DNA of 64,000 nt from Macrostomum lignano (Eukaryota): positions 930,001 through 994,000 of the forward strand of contig NIVC01000023.1 in the NCBI GenBank assembly GCA_002269645.1. The letters are read 5' to 3'. Positions 27,952 through 40,757 of the stretch are shown here, piece after piece; the first letter of the stretch is position 1; the number at the start of each line of letters is the position of its first letter. The notes beneath the pieces were generated by a model, which had not been told where the DNA came from, ran no database searches, and was given only the letters and a program-made list of their open reading frames with translations. The translations under genes and the position numbers were made by a program.

Positions 27952-30900
27952 TTAACGCCGCTGATGCCGATTCCGACCGCTGATGACGAGCTCCGCCGCT
28001 TTGACGCAGGCGGCTTCCAGCGTCAGTTTTAATCGGCGCAGACAAGCTCGACTTGGTTCGATTGACGAGTCAAACAGCTTGCTGACTGGCAGGCAGTCCA
28101 AGTCTAAGTCTAACCGTTGCATCTCGTGTTGGCATTTCACGCCTACAGTGATGATTTCGAGCTGACTGCCGCCAAGCAGGATCTCCAGGTAGCGCAGAGT
28201 CTGCTGGCAGTGCGACACCACAGCTCGGGAGTGCTTGAAGAACTCCGGACAGGCATTGATCCAGTTGATTCGCTGGTTGAATGCTGGCAGGGATAGGCGC
28301 TCCGGTTGAGGGCGCCGGCGCTGGCGCCGTCTTGGCGCGGTTGGGGTGCCCTCCTGCTCCTGCCGGTGGGGTGAAGCTTTAAATAAACTGTCCACCTTCA
28401 ATAGGGTTTAAAGAGGAATCCCACACCAATACAGAAGAATCCCACACACAGACGGAAAAATCCCATACCCCCAGACAGAAGAATCCCACACTCAGACAAA
28501 ATAATCTCAAACCAAGACAGAAGAATCCCACACTCAGACAGAAGAATCCCACACCCAGACAGAAGAATCCCACACCCAGACAGAAGAATCCCACACTCAG
28601 ACAGATGAATCCCACACCCAGACAGAAGAATCCCACACCCAGACAGAAGAATCTCACACCCAGACAGAAGAATCCCACACCCAGACTGACCAGCCGAGAT
28701 CCGTCGGCGTCAGCGGCAGCCCCGTCGCCGGCCCGCTCCTCGGCAGCAGCATGGTCGGCATCGTCGCCGCAGGCGCAGTCGAACTCGGCCTCCCGGCTGG
28801 CAACCAAAGCCGCCGAGCCGGCCGCATCGGCCAGCAGGCAGTCGACGCTGCCAACAAAATCGTCCAGAGCTTCGGCCACGTCGGCAAGGCCTCCGACGAC
28901 GTTGTCGCCGCCGCAGCAGCCGAGCGCTACAACTCGCAGCTCCGATCGAACCAGACTCAACAGTCGGCGAAGATTGGCGCACCGCTGGCTGAGCCGTTCG
29001 CCAGCCGCCCGCCTCAGCGAGGCCAACAGCCGGGTGCCCACGGCGTCGGTCGGGCACTGCCTGGCTGCCAGCCAGCTCAGGAAGGTGGACACCCCGCCGC
29101 TGCCGCCGGCGTAGATCAGCGGCGCCAGCTGCCGGCAGCAGATGGCTATGGAGGCGGCGGCGGCCTCTTTGGCCAGCGGCTCGACACCCAAGCGAACGGC
29201 GTGCATCAGGGCGACGGCCCGGTCGGCCAGGGAGCGGAGCGGCTCCCATTTCGTGGACAGGAAATCGCCGAGCGTTTGGCTGTTGCTGCTGCTGTTGTTG
29301 GAGAAGTGCTGCTGCTGGTTAAGCTGATCGTCTGTTGCAGATTGCTCCAACTGATGCTGCTGCTGCTGTTGCTGCAGTTCGCTTTCGTTGTCTGAGATTG
29401 TTGCCCCGAATGACAGATTGAAGAATCCAGAACATAAGCACATAGAAACACTCAAACAGGGTGGTCGGTGCCCCTCTGACTGTCTAATCGGTCAGGCATG
29501 TACACTCTCAGTGCCTTGGGGGTTGGCCCTCATGGCTGTGAATCGGACCACAAACCCCCCCCCCCCTCCCTGGCCAATTTTCGTGCACAAAAGCCCCAAA
29601 TGAATTAATTGGCTTCGCATGGAATCAAACCAGCTAGGTTGTGGTGTGAGTCACGGTGAGCTGCTTCTAACAATCCCATACTTAAAAATCCCTCATCGTC
29701 CATGTATATGAGCTAATAAAGAATCCCACACCTATACACTTTAGAATCCCATGTCCCACACCTCAAACTTCAAAATACCATACATCACACCCCACACCTC
29801 GAAATTGTATGCCCCATACCCCCACACATCAGAATCCCATGCCCCACACTCACACTTCAAAATACCATACCCCACAAATCAGAATCCCATACCCCACACC
29901 TCAGAACTCCATGCCCCACACCCCATACACTTCAGAATCCCATACCCCACACCTCACACTTCAGAATCCCATACCCCACACCCCATACACTTCAGAATCC
30001 CATGCCTCACACCCCATACACTTCAGAATCCCATACCCCACACCTCACACTTCAGAATCCCATACCCCACACCCCATACACTTCAGAATCCCATACCCCA
30101 CACCCCATACACTTCAGAATCTCATACCCCAAACCCCACACCCCATACACTTCAGAATCCCATACCCCACACCTCACACTTCAGAATCCCATACCCCACA
30201 CCCATACACTTCAGAATCCCAAACCCCACACCCCATACACTTCAGAATCTCATACCCCAAACCCCACACTTCAGAATCCCACACCCCATACACTTCAGAA
30301 TCCCATACCCCACACCTCACACTTCAGAATCCCATACCCCACACCCATACACTTCAGAATCCCAAACCCCACACCCCATACACTTCAGAATCTCATACCC
30401 CAAACCCCACACTTCAGAACCCCATACCCCACACCCCATACACTTCAGAATCCCACACCCACACCCCACACTTCAGAACCCACACCCCACACTTCAGAAT
30501 CCCACACCCACACCCCACACTTCAGAACCCCATACCCCACACATCAGAATCCCATACCCCACACCCTATACACTTCAGAATCCCACACCCACACCCCACA
30601 ATTCAGAACCCCACACCCCACACTTCAGAATCCCACATCCCACACTTGAATCCCATACCCCAGCACACTGGAGCGCACCCAAGGCTCACCCAGCAGCACC
30701 AGCAGCGGGAACGCGTGCAGCAATCCTTGCACAGCGGCGGCCACTCGAATGCACCTCAGCGGATCCGTAGCCGTCCGACTGACCGAAGCAATCAAAGAGT
30801 CATCCTGCTGCTGCTGCTGCTCAGCATTGTCATCCTCAGCAGCCGAGATCAACGCGGCCAATACACTGTGCAGATGGGCCAGCATAACATCGGCGGGTGT

Positions 30901-33900
30901 CCAAGCTAACACGGAGTTAAAGCAGGTCTCTAACAGTACGCGACTGCCTTGCAGGCCAACTAAGCACTCCTCCAGAGCTGCCGCCGGGCTGATGGGGGCC
31001 AGCATAGGGGAGAATGAGCCTATAGAGGAATTAGCCAACGAAACGTTAGCCGAAACTGCTGACAGTCCAGCTGCTGCTGTTGAACTCAATCGACGCAAAT
31101 TCGCCGATGCTGTACAACCGCCGTCAACGATGGACAACTGGCGATGCCGTAATGGCGTTGATGGAGCGGCTGGATTGACAACGGCGGCTGACACGGGTGG
31201 AGAGGTGGATATTGTGGCTGACAATTTTGGGGTTGTCTGACTGCCGGTGTCCGAGGAAGCCGCCTGCAAGGTTATTTTGTACTTTCTTTAATTAGTATGG
31301 TAGATGTGAGATTCTCATGATGGTAGATGTGAGATTCTCATGGTGGTAGATGTGAGATTCTCATGATGGTAGATGTGAGATTCTCATGATGGTAGATGTG
31401 AGGTTCTCGGGATGTTAGATGTGAGATTCTCATGATGGTAGATGTGAGATTCTCATGGTGGTAGATGTGAGATTCTCGGGATGGTAGATGTGAGATTCTC
31501 ATGGTGGTAGATGTGAGATTCTCGGGATGGTAGATGTGGGATTCTCATGGTGGTAGATGTGAGATTCTCATTATGGTAGATGTGAGATTCTCATGATGGT
31601 AGATGTGAGATTCTCATGGTGGTAGATGCGAGATTCTCATGATGGCAGATGTGAGATTCTCGGGATGGCAGATGTGAGATTCTCATGATGGTAGAAGTGA
31701 CACATGAGTAGCTAGACAGACAGCTTGGCAGATTGACAACCCCAGCAAAATCTCACCGGGCAGTTCTCCTTAACAGCCTCCGCCTGCAGTCGCGCCAGCT
31801 TCCAGTTCTCCAACTCCTCCGCCTGCCGTTTGCAGGCCTGCAGCTGGTCGCGCAGATCAGAAATCTCCAGCGCCTGGCGTGCATTGTCCTGCGCCAGGGC
31901 GACGGCCGCCTCCGACTGTTCGCTGCCGCTGCTGCTGGCCAGCTGCTTCTGACGGAGCCGCTCCAGTTCCGCTTGCAGAGCTGCGGCAAATAATTTTGGA
32001 TTCGGATAATATTTTTATTTGATTAAAAAAGACACCGGTTTGAAGAATCCCACACTGAGACACAGGAACAATTCCACACCGAATCACATGAAGAATCCCA
32101 CATAGAGACACAGAAAGAATCCCGAACCGAGACACATGAAGAATCTCACACCAGGAAGAATACCACACTGCGACACAAGAATCCTACACAGAAAGAATCC
32201 CAAACTGAGACACATAAAGAATCCCACACTGAGACACATGAAGAATCCCCACACTGAGACACATGAAGAATCCCCACACTGAGACACGGGGAGAATCCCA
32301 CACCGTGACACAGGAAGAATCCCACACCGTGACACAGGAAGAATCCCACACCAAGACACAAGAAGAATCTCAAACTGAGGCACAGGAAAAACCCACATTG
32401 AGACACAGGAAGAATCCCACAGCGAGACATAGGAAGAATCCTACACCAAGACACAGGAAGAATATCACACTGAGACACAGGAAGAATCCCACACTGAGAA
32501 ATAGGAAGAATCCCACACTGAGAAATAGGAAGAATCCCACACCGTGACACAGGAAGAATCCCACACTGAGAAATAGGAAGAATCCCACACTGAGAAATAG
32601 GAAGAATCCCACACCGTGACACAGGAAGAATCCCACACCGTGACACAAGACGAATCTCAAACTGAGGCACAGGAAAAACCCACATTGAGACACAGGAAGA
32701 ATCCCACAGCGAGACACAGGAAGAATCCCACACCAAGACACAAGACGAATCTCAAACTGAGGCACAGGAAAAACCCACATTGAGACACAGGAAGAATCCC
32801 ACAGCGAGACACAGGAAGAATCCCACACCAAGACACAGGAAGAATATCACACTGAGACACAGGAAGAATCCCACACTGAGAAATAGGAAGAATCCCACAC
32901 TGAGAAATAGGAAGAATCCCACACCGTGACACAGGAAGAATCCCACACCAAGACACAAGACGAATCTCAAACTGAGGCACAGGAAAAACCCACATTGAGA
33001 CACAGGAAGAATCCCACAGCGAGACACAGGAAGAATCCCACACCAAGACACAAGACGAATCTCAAACTGAGGCACAGGAAAAACCCACATTGAGACACAG
33101 GAAGAATCCCACAGCGAGACACAGGAAGAATCCCACACCAAGACACAGGAAGAATATCACACTGAGACACAGGAAGAATCCCACACTGAGAAATAGGAAG
33201 AATCCCACACTGAGAAATAGGAAGAATCCCACACCGTGACACAGGAAGAATCCCACACTGAGAAATAGGAAGAATCCCACACTGAGAAATAGGAAGAATC
33301 CCACACCGTGACACAGGAAGAATCCCACACCGTGACACAGGAAGAATCCCACACCAAGACACAAGACGAATCTCAAACTGAGGCACAGGAAAAACCCACA
33401 TTGAGACACAGGAAGAATCCCACAGCGAGACACAGGAAGAATCCCACACCAAGACACAAGACGAATCTCAAACTGAGGCACAGGAAAAACCCACATTGAG
33501 ACACAGGAAGAATCCCACAGCGAGACACAGGAAGAATCCCACACCAAGACACAAGACGAATCTCAAACTGAGGCACAGGAAAAACCCACATTGAGACACA
33601 AAAAGAATCCCACAGCGAGACACAGGAAGAATCCCACACCAAGACACAAGACGAATCTCAAACTGAGGCACAGGAAAAACCCACATTGAGACACAGGAAG
33701 AATCCCACAGCGAGACACAGGAAGAATCCCACACCAAGACACAAGACGAATCTCAAACTGAGGCACAGGAAAAACCCACATTGAGACACAGGAAGAATCC
33801 CACAGCGAGACACAGGAAGAATCCCACACCAAGACACAAGACGAATCTCAAACTGAGGCACAGGAAAAACCCACATTGAGACACAAAAAGAATCCCACAG

Positions 33901-36900
33901 CGAGACACAGGAAGAATCCCACACCAAGACACAAGACGAATCTCAAACTGAGGCACAGGAAAAACCCACATTGAGACACAGGAAGAATCCCACACCGAGA
34001 CATAGGAAGAATCCTACACCAAGACACATGAAGAATCCCACACTGAGACACAGGAAGAATTCCACACCGTGACACATGAAGAATCCCACACTGAGACACA
34101 GGAACAATTCCACACCGAATCACATGAAGAATCCCACATAGAGACACAGAAAGAATCCCGAACCGAGACACATGAAGAATCTCACACCAGGAAGAATACC
34201 ACACTGCGACACAAGAATCCCACACTGAGACACATGAAGAATCCCCACACTGAGACACATGAAGAATCCCCACTCTGAGACACATGAAGAATCCCCACAC
34301 TGAGACACATGAAGAATCCCCACACTGAGACACAGGGAGAATCCCACACCGTGACACAGGAAGAATCCCACAACGAGACACAGGAAGAATCAAACACTGA
34401 CACAGGAAGAATCCCACACTGAGACACAGGAAGAATCGCACACTGAGACACAGGAAGAATCCCACAGCGAGACACAGGAAGAATCCCACAGCCTCTGCAA
34501 AGCAAACGCAGACTGGCGAGCAAACTCACTCCGAATCATGCAGGCCGATTTGTCCTCGTTAACCCGCACCAGATTAACAATGGAGCGAGCCTTGGTAGCA
34601 TAGCGCAGGGTACTCAATGTCTCATCGATATGCTGCGGAGCTGGCGACACAGTTGCAATCATCACAGTCTGACTGTTGCCACCTAAACTGTCCCTTAGCA
34701 ACCAGGTAAGCATAGACTCTCGATAAGGTATATGCTGATTATTAGACTTCTTAGCGGACGAATTCACACCAGCCTCGTTAGCTACGCGTTCGCTGAGCAG
34801 ACTGATCACTTTGCCGAGGGTCAACAGGCTTCTGTTAATATTGGATCCTTCGCGAAGCCGGTCCCCGGTGGTGCCAGCAACGCTTTGCCTCTCGCTGCCA
34901 GCCAAGTCTACAATATTAACCCTACTGGATATGCACAGCTGCACAGAGGAGGCTGAGCTGCTAGTGTTCGTTGCTGTCTGTTGCTGCTGTTGTTCCTTAT
35001 TCTCATCGTCCACTATGCGCAACTTTTTCAAGCCGAGAGTGCAAACGGTGTGAGAGCGCGAGCTGACCTGATTCACATCTGTGCTAGCCGTGGCCCGCTG
35101 CTTGTTGCCAAGAGCTAGCCAAGTCATGACGTCAGCGTAGGTTCTTACATTCGAATAAACCGACAGGCCTTCGACGAACGGGCCTTTAGTAGGGTGCTCG
35201 CGTACCTTTAGGGACACCTTGCGCAGGCTTTTATCGTGACTGGCCGCTAGGAGGTCGTGGATTCGTTCGTTGTAGATCTCGTAGTAGGATATGTCCACCT
35301 GGGCGGGCGGGACAGGGGCGGATAGCGGTGGCTACAGTAGGACAACGCGCGGATAGCAACAGAAGCAATTGTAGGACAGGGGGCGGATAGCGGTGGCTAC
35401 TGGAGGAGACAGGGGGCGGATAGAAACAGAAGCTACTGTAGGACAGGGGCGGATAACAACAGAGGCTACAGTAGAACAGGGGGCGGATAGCAACAGAAGC
35501 TACTGTAGGACAGGGGCGGATAACAACAGAGGCTACAGTAGAACAGGGGGCGGATAGCAACAGAAGCTACTGTAGGACAGGGGGCGGATAGCAACAGAAG
35601 CTACTGTAGGACAGGGGGCGGATAGCAACAGAAGCTACTGTAGGACAGGGGGCGGATAGCAACAGAAGCTACTACTGTAGGACAGGGGGCGGATAGCAAC
35701 AGAAGCTACTGTAGGACAGGGGGCGGATAGCAACAGAAGCTACTGTAGAGACAGGGGGCGGATAGCAACAGAAGCTACTGTAGGACAGGGGCGGATAACA
35801 ACAGAGGCTACAGTAGAACAGGGGGCGGATAGCAACAGAAGCTACTGTAGGACAGGGGGCGGATAGCAACAGAAGCTACTGTAGGACAGGGGGCGGATAG
35901 CAACAGAAGCTACTGTAGGACAGGGGGCGGATAGCAACAGAAGCTACTGTAGGACAGGGGGCGGATAGCAACAGAAGCTACTGTAGGACAGGGGGCGGAT
36001 AGCAACAGAAGCTACTGTAGGACAGGGGGCGGATAGCAACAGAAGCTACTACTGTAGGACAGGGGGCGGATAGCAACAGAAGCTACTGTAGGACAGGGGG
36101 CGGATAGCAACAGAAGCTACTGTAGGACAGGGGGCGGATAGCAACAGAAGCTACTGTAGGACAGGGGGCGGATAGCAACAGAAGCTACTACTGTAGGACA
36201 GGGGGCGGATAGCAACAGAAGCTACTGTAGGACAGGGGGCGGATAGCAACAGAAGCTACTGTAGGACAGGGGGCGGATAGCAACAGAAGCTACTGTAGGA
36301 CAGGGGGCGGATAGCAACAGAAGCTACTACTGTAGGACAGGGGGCGGATAGCAACAGAAGCTACTGTAGGACAGGGGGCGGATAGCAACAGAAGCTACTG
36401 TAGGACAGGGGCGGATAGCAACAGAAGCTACTGTAGGACAGGGGGCGGATAGTAACAGAAGCTACTGTAGGACAGGGGGCGGATAGCAACAGAAGCTACT
36501 ACTGTAGGACAGGGGGCGGATAGCAACAGAAGCTACTACTGTAGGACAGGGGGCGGATAGCAACAGAAGCTACTGTAGGACAGGGGGCGGATAGCAACAG
36601 AAGCTACTGTAGGACAGGGGCGGATAGCAACAGAAGCTACTGTAGGACAGGGGGCGGATAGCAACAGAAGCTACTGTAGGAAAGTGGGCGGATAGAAACA
36701 GAAGCTACTACTGTAGGACAGGGGGCGGATAGCAACAGAAGCTACTGTAGGACAGGGGGGCGGATAGCAACAGAGGCTACATTAAGACAGGGGAGGCTAC
36801 TAAAAGACAAATCCTGTGCCACAATAAACAGGGCCCCTCTCACCTGCAGCTGCTCGCACTGATCCTCAATAATCTCCTTGCCCTGGAACAGGTCCTGCAG

Positions 36901-37673
36901 AAACCTGGGAAGCAGGCCTCTGTCATCGCCAACAGGCGCTCCCATGACGGTATGCGTCTTGCCAGACGACGTCATGCCGTAGGCAAACAGGCAGCAGTTA
37001 TATCCCGCCAAGCACTTGTCCAGCAGTGGCAGGCCGACTTTCTCGTAGACGCTGTTCTGATCTGCGTAGGTCTCCGACTTGGGGTTGGTTGAATCCAGGC
37101 AGTGATCGAAGCAAAATGAAAGAATATTCGCGGTCGACGGCTGATGCACTAGCAGAGTCTTAGGGTCATCCGAGGACACGCTCACCACCGTTGAATTACT
37201 GCCAGCCGTTGCCGACGCCAAAGTCTGCAGTTCGCGTTCAACTAGCGGGCGAATCCGAACGGCGACTTTTACACCGGCCGCCGAGGGAGACAGCTCGGAG
37301 GAAACGGCTGCTGCTGCTGCTGACGTGCCCGATGGGCTTGGGTATCGTCAGGCCGACTGTCCAGATGAGGGAACAGCGACCTGATCGAGCCGCCGCGCCT
37401 GCGCTGCTGAATAACCTGTCGACGATCATCCTCCTCGTCCTGACAGCAGTCGGCGCCGCGCAGATCGGCGAGTACGTCGGGCGTGGAACTGAAACGACGC
37501 GACGATGCAACAGTCAGAAGGTCGGATGACGGACTGACGACGGAGAGATTGTTCCAGCGACGATGGCCTTCGTAGCTGTCGGAAGGAGGATCGGCGCAGT
37601 TGTGGACGGCGTAGGCAGCGTCATCGACATTTGTCGACAGCGTCGGCGTCGCAGAGAAGCGACGCTTGGAATC
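27952..37673 (-). CDS. KIF14: Kinesin-3, KIF14-type; 5' end unresolved; exons ~37673/37336-36844, 35298-34530, 31980-31757, 31263-30690, 29391-28691, 28359-27952
   Basis: Motor motifs VKVAVRIRP, FAYGMTSSGKT (Walker A), YYEIYNERIHDLL, VREHP..GPFVEGLS, WLALGNKQRATAST, SSRSH, DLAGSER, NRSLLTLGKVIS, PYRESMLTWLLRDSLGGNS, ETLSTLRYA, neck VNED..MIR|TLQAELERLR. WL.LGNKQRATA and YRES.LTWLL are KIF14-like. Downstream exons are joined by phase-compatible GT-AG introns; tail exon assignment is less certain. Confidence 0.8.
28415..28685. repeat. 21-bp minisatellite (CAGACAGAAGAATCCCACACC), KIF14 last intron
   Basis: Visible directly. Confidence 0.9.
29720..30660. repeat. Complex minisatellite (CACTTCAGAATCCCATACCCCACACC variants), KIF14 intron
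   Basis: Visible directly. Confidence 0.95.
31303..31695. repeat. 23-bp minisatellite (TGGTAGATGTGAGATTCTCATGA), KIF14 intron
   Basis: Visible directly. Confidence 0.95.
32035..34490. repeat. 24-bp-based minisatellite (AGACACAGGAAGAATCCCACACTG) with 95-bp higher-order repeat, KIF14 intron
   Basis: Visible directly; ORF-track entries recur at exact 95-bp offsets (33373, 33468, 33563, 33658, 33753, 33848). Confidence 0.95.
35305..36790. repeat. 34-bp minisatellite (GTAGGACAGGGGGCGGATAGCAACAGAAGCTACT), intron splitting the KIF14 motor domain
   Basis: About 43 units visible. Confidence 0.95.
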
Positions 37674-37794
37674 CTGCGGGGTCAACTGAGGGATTGGGGA
37701 TGGGACAGTGCTATTTCAGTTCAAATGTACTTTAGCTGTTGCCTAATTTACGAGCTATTTAGAGCTTAGCTAGGGGACTAGGGGTACTGAAGTC

Positions 37795-38535
37795 TCAATC
37801 TATGGTGTGGAAGTCTCTCAGTCTGATCTATGGTGTGGAAGTCTCACAATCTGATCTATGGTGTGGAAGTCTCTCAAACTGATCTATGGTGTGGAAGTCT
37901 CACAATCTGATCTATCGTGTGGAAGTCTCTCAAACTGATCTATGGTGTGGAAGTCTCACAATCTGATCTATGGTGTGGAAGTCTCTCAGTCTGATCTATG
38001 GTGTGGAAGTCTCACAATCTGATCTATGGTGTGGAAGTCTCTCAAACTGATCTATGGTGTGGAAGTCTCACAATCTGATCTATGGTGTGGAAGTCTCTCA
38101 AACTGATCTATGGTGTGGAAGTCTCTCAAACTGATCTATGGTGTGGAAGTCTCTCAAACTGATCTATGGTGTGGAAGTCTCTCAAACTGATTTATGGTGT
38201 GGAAGTCTCTCAAACTGATCTATGGTGTGGAAGTCTCTCAAACTGATCTATTGTGTGGAAGTCTCTCAATCTGATCTATGGTGTGGAAGTCTCTCAAACT
38301 GATCTATGGTGTGGAAGTCTCACAATCTGATCTATGGTGTGGAAGTCTCTCAAACTGATCTATTGTGTGGAAGTCTCTCAATCTGATCTATGGTGTGGAA
38401 GTCTCTTAAACTGATCTATTGTGTGGAAGTCTCACAATCTGATCTATGGTGTGGAAGTCTCTCAATCTGATCTATGGTGTGGAAGTCTCTCAAACTGATC
38501 TATGGTGTGGAAGTCTCACAATCTGATCTATGGTG
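37795..38535. repeat. 27/28-bp minisatellite (TCTATGGTGTGGAAGTCTCTCAAACTGA), upstream of the KIF14 acceptor at 37674
   Basis: Visible directly. Confidence 0.95.
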
Positions 38536-39334
38536 CAAAGGTCTCACAATCTCATCAATATCAAGTCGTTGAAAGTATCAATCTCAACCATACTTAGGGC
38601 GCGGAAGTCTCTTAATACTATACAAATATAGTGAGATAAGAGTAAAACAAAAGTGACGATCGTTTTCTAGTTTTGTAAAAAGAATCATGTTAGACTGAAA
38701 AATCGATTTATTGTACAATCTTATTATCCAGTAGGCTCAAACTTAGGAAAAATGCAAATAAAAAATATATTAGCTAGTTTAAAATAAATAGAAAAAAAAT
38801 AGAAAAAACTGAAAACTCAAAAAAAACACTAGACTATATTGATGATTCCAAAACTTTTTTGAACTAAAAATGCATTTTTAATAGCTAAATTTGAAGACGC
38901 AATCTTCCAAATGAAAACGGAATTGAAGTGAGAAAGATGTATAATCAAACTCATGGATTAATGTTTTCGTAGCGAAGCTCATAATAACTCGATTGGGAGC
39001 TATAGTTGAAAAAACTGTCTTAAACAAAAATCAATGGAATTTGCTATTTGAAATTTCTTTTTTTATTCTGTAAAATACATACATGCGTTCGTAATTTTGT
39101 TTTTTTATGAAGATGTCTATATTAGATGACGGGATGATTGACAAATAAAAACGAATATGGTCAGTTCTTATCATCTAACTTTAAGAAATTTCTTATTAAT
39201 TGATTGTCTCACGGAACTCACAGCGCTCTTGAGCACTAAAGACACTTGTCCACTCAAGGTCATAGCCCTTCCGACGTACTAAATATGGAGTCACTTGCAC
39301 CGTCCCTCAAGGTCACAGCAGCCTCAACGTCATA

Positions 39335-39610
39335 GCAGCCTCAAGGTCATATTACCCTTAAGGTCATATCACCCTCAAGGTCATATCACCCTCAAGGTCA
39401 TAGCACCCCCAAGGTCATAGCACCCTCAAGGTCATAGCATCTTTAAGGTCATAGCATCTTTAAGGTCATAGCATCTTTAAGGTCATAGCACCCTCAAGGT
39501 CATAGCCCTCCGATGGATTGTGGTCACTTGCCCCTTTCAAGTTCATAGCCCTTCGATGGATTTTAAGATAGAGTCACTTGCCCCTTCAAGGTCATAACCC
39601 TCCGATGGAA
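39335..39610. repeat. 17-bp degenerate minisatellite (AAGGTCATAGCACCCTC)
   Basis: Visible directly. Confidence 0.85.
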
Positions 39611-39665
39611 TTTTGAATCGGTGCACCCAAGATCATAAACGTCCGACGTAATAAAGATTGAGCTG

Positions 39666-40370
39666 TCACTTGGGTCCAAGGTCGAAGCTCTCCGAGATTG
39701 AGTCATCCGTACCGGAAGTCAGCTCCAACCCGGACACATCCAGCCCGTCTGGCAGGCCAACAGCCGGTCCCATCTCTTTCTTCTTTTCGTCGGGTGTTAC
39801 CGAACCCTGCTTCTCCACATCGTTGCTATGCGATCGTTGGTAGGATTTAACCAGCAGCAAAGTGCCAATCGCTGCCATGACTAGAAGCAGAAGACCGCCA
39901 AATACGATGCCGGCTACGGTTTCTCCAGACACTTTTCCATTGGAATTGGTATGCGAAGAAGCGGGGCTACTAACAGAAGCCAGGGCTTGCTTGTCACTTC
40001 TACGATGTTTAAGCGCACGAGAGTCGCTCCGCTTATTACAATAGCCTAGCCAAGTAATTTTATGACACAATTCGTAGCAATTAGAATTGGCGCAATCAAA
40101 CCAGCAGGTGTCGCAACTCTCGCAGGTGTTATTAACGGAGCAATACGACGCATTTAGAATGCACTGCCGACGCAGATAAGTAGAGCAATTATAATTTGGC
40201 TCTATCAGATCTGAGCCGTTGTGATAATTGCCTAACGAAGCGCCGGAGGCCAGACCTTGCGCAATAATTAAGGTAACAGAAATAATTACAACAGGTGTCA
40301 GACAAGGCATAGTGTTATTTTTATTCCACGACTTCACACAACATTCGATGGTTGGTTTGACAGCAATCAT
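39666..40370 (-). CDS. Type I single-pass membrane protein with small Cys-rich ectodomain (TNFR13/Grindelwald-like), paralog A; start may be ATG 40310
   Basis: Signal-peptide-like MPCLTPVVIISVTLIIAQGLASG; Cys cluster C..YC.....C..C..C...C....C...C; Ser/Thr stalk; TM VAGIVFGGLLLLVMAAIGTLLLV; short acidic tail. Intronless ORF of 234 aa. Confidence 0.7.
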   Translation of the reverse strand: MIAVKPTIECCVKSWNKNNTMPCLTPVVIISVTLIIAQGLASGASLGNYHNGSDLIEPNYNCSTYLRRQCILNASYCSVNNTCESCDTCWFDCANSNCYELCHKITWLGYCNKRSDSRALKHRRSDKQALASVSSPASSHTNSNGKVSGETVAGIVFGGLLLLVMAAIGTLLLVKSYQRSHSNDVEKQGSVTPDEKKKEMGPAVGLPDGLDVSGLELTSGTDDSISESFDLGPK

Positions 40371-40757
40371 AAAAAGTTATTTTTCGTTGAAATTAACCAG
40401 CGAGCTATTATGCAATAAATCAATAGAATCAATATAATTTATTTACCTAGGCTATCTATACAACAAGGTAATAAATAAGTAAATAAATATAGTACATATT
40501 GTATTTTATATGTATAGATTACAATTTCGACATAAACGTCAGCATATCAATATATTTTCATTTTTAATAAAAAGCTTTAAAGAAAAAAAGTAAAGACCAC
40601 GCGTAGGTAAAGAGAAATGCATCTGTAACCAGAAAGGAAGCATCTATAAAAAACTGAACACCAAAAAATACTGTTTAAAAAAGAGATAAGCAAAGCACAC
40701 AAATCGTTGACTGGAGCATTCAATCAACTAACAAACTGCCGCAGCTCGACCGCTTCT

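Noticed and set aside
28605-31240. Plus-strand Ala/Ser/Arg-rich ORFs (169, 214, 163 aa)
   Set aside because: Antisense shadows of GC-rich KIF14 exons.
29751-34489. Numerous His/Pro/Thr-rich and Cys/Gly/Phe-rich ORFs
   Set aside because: They lie wholly in KIF14 intronic arrays.
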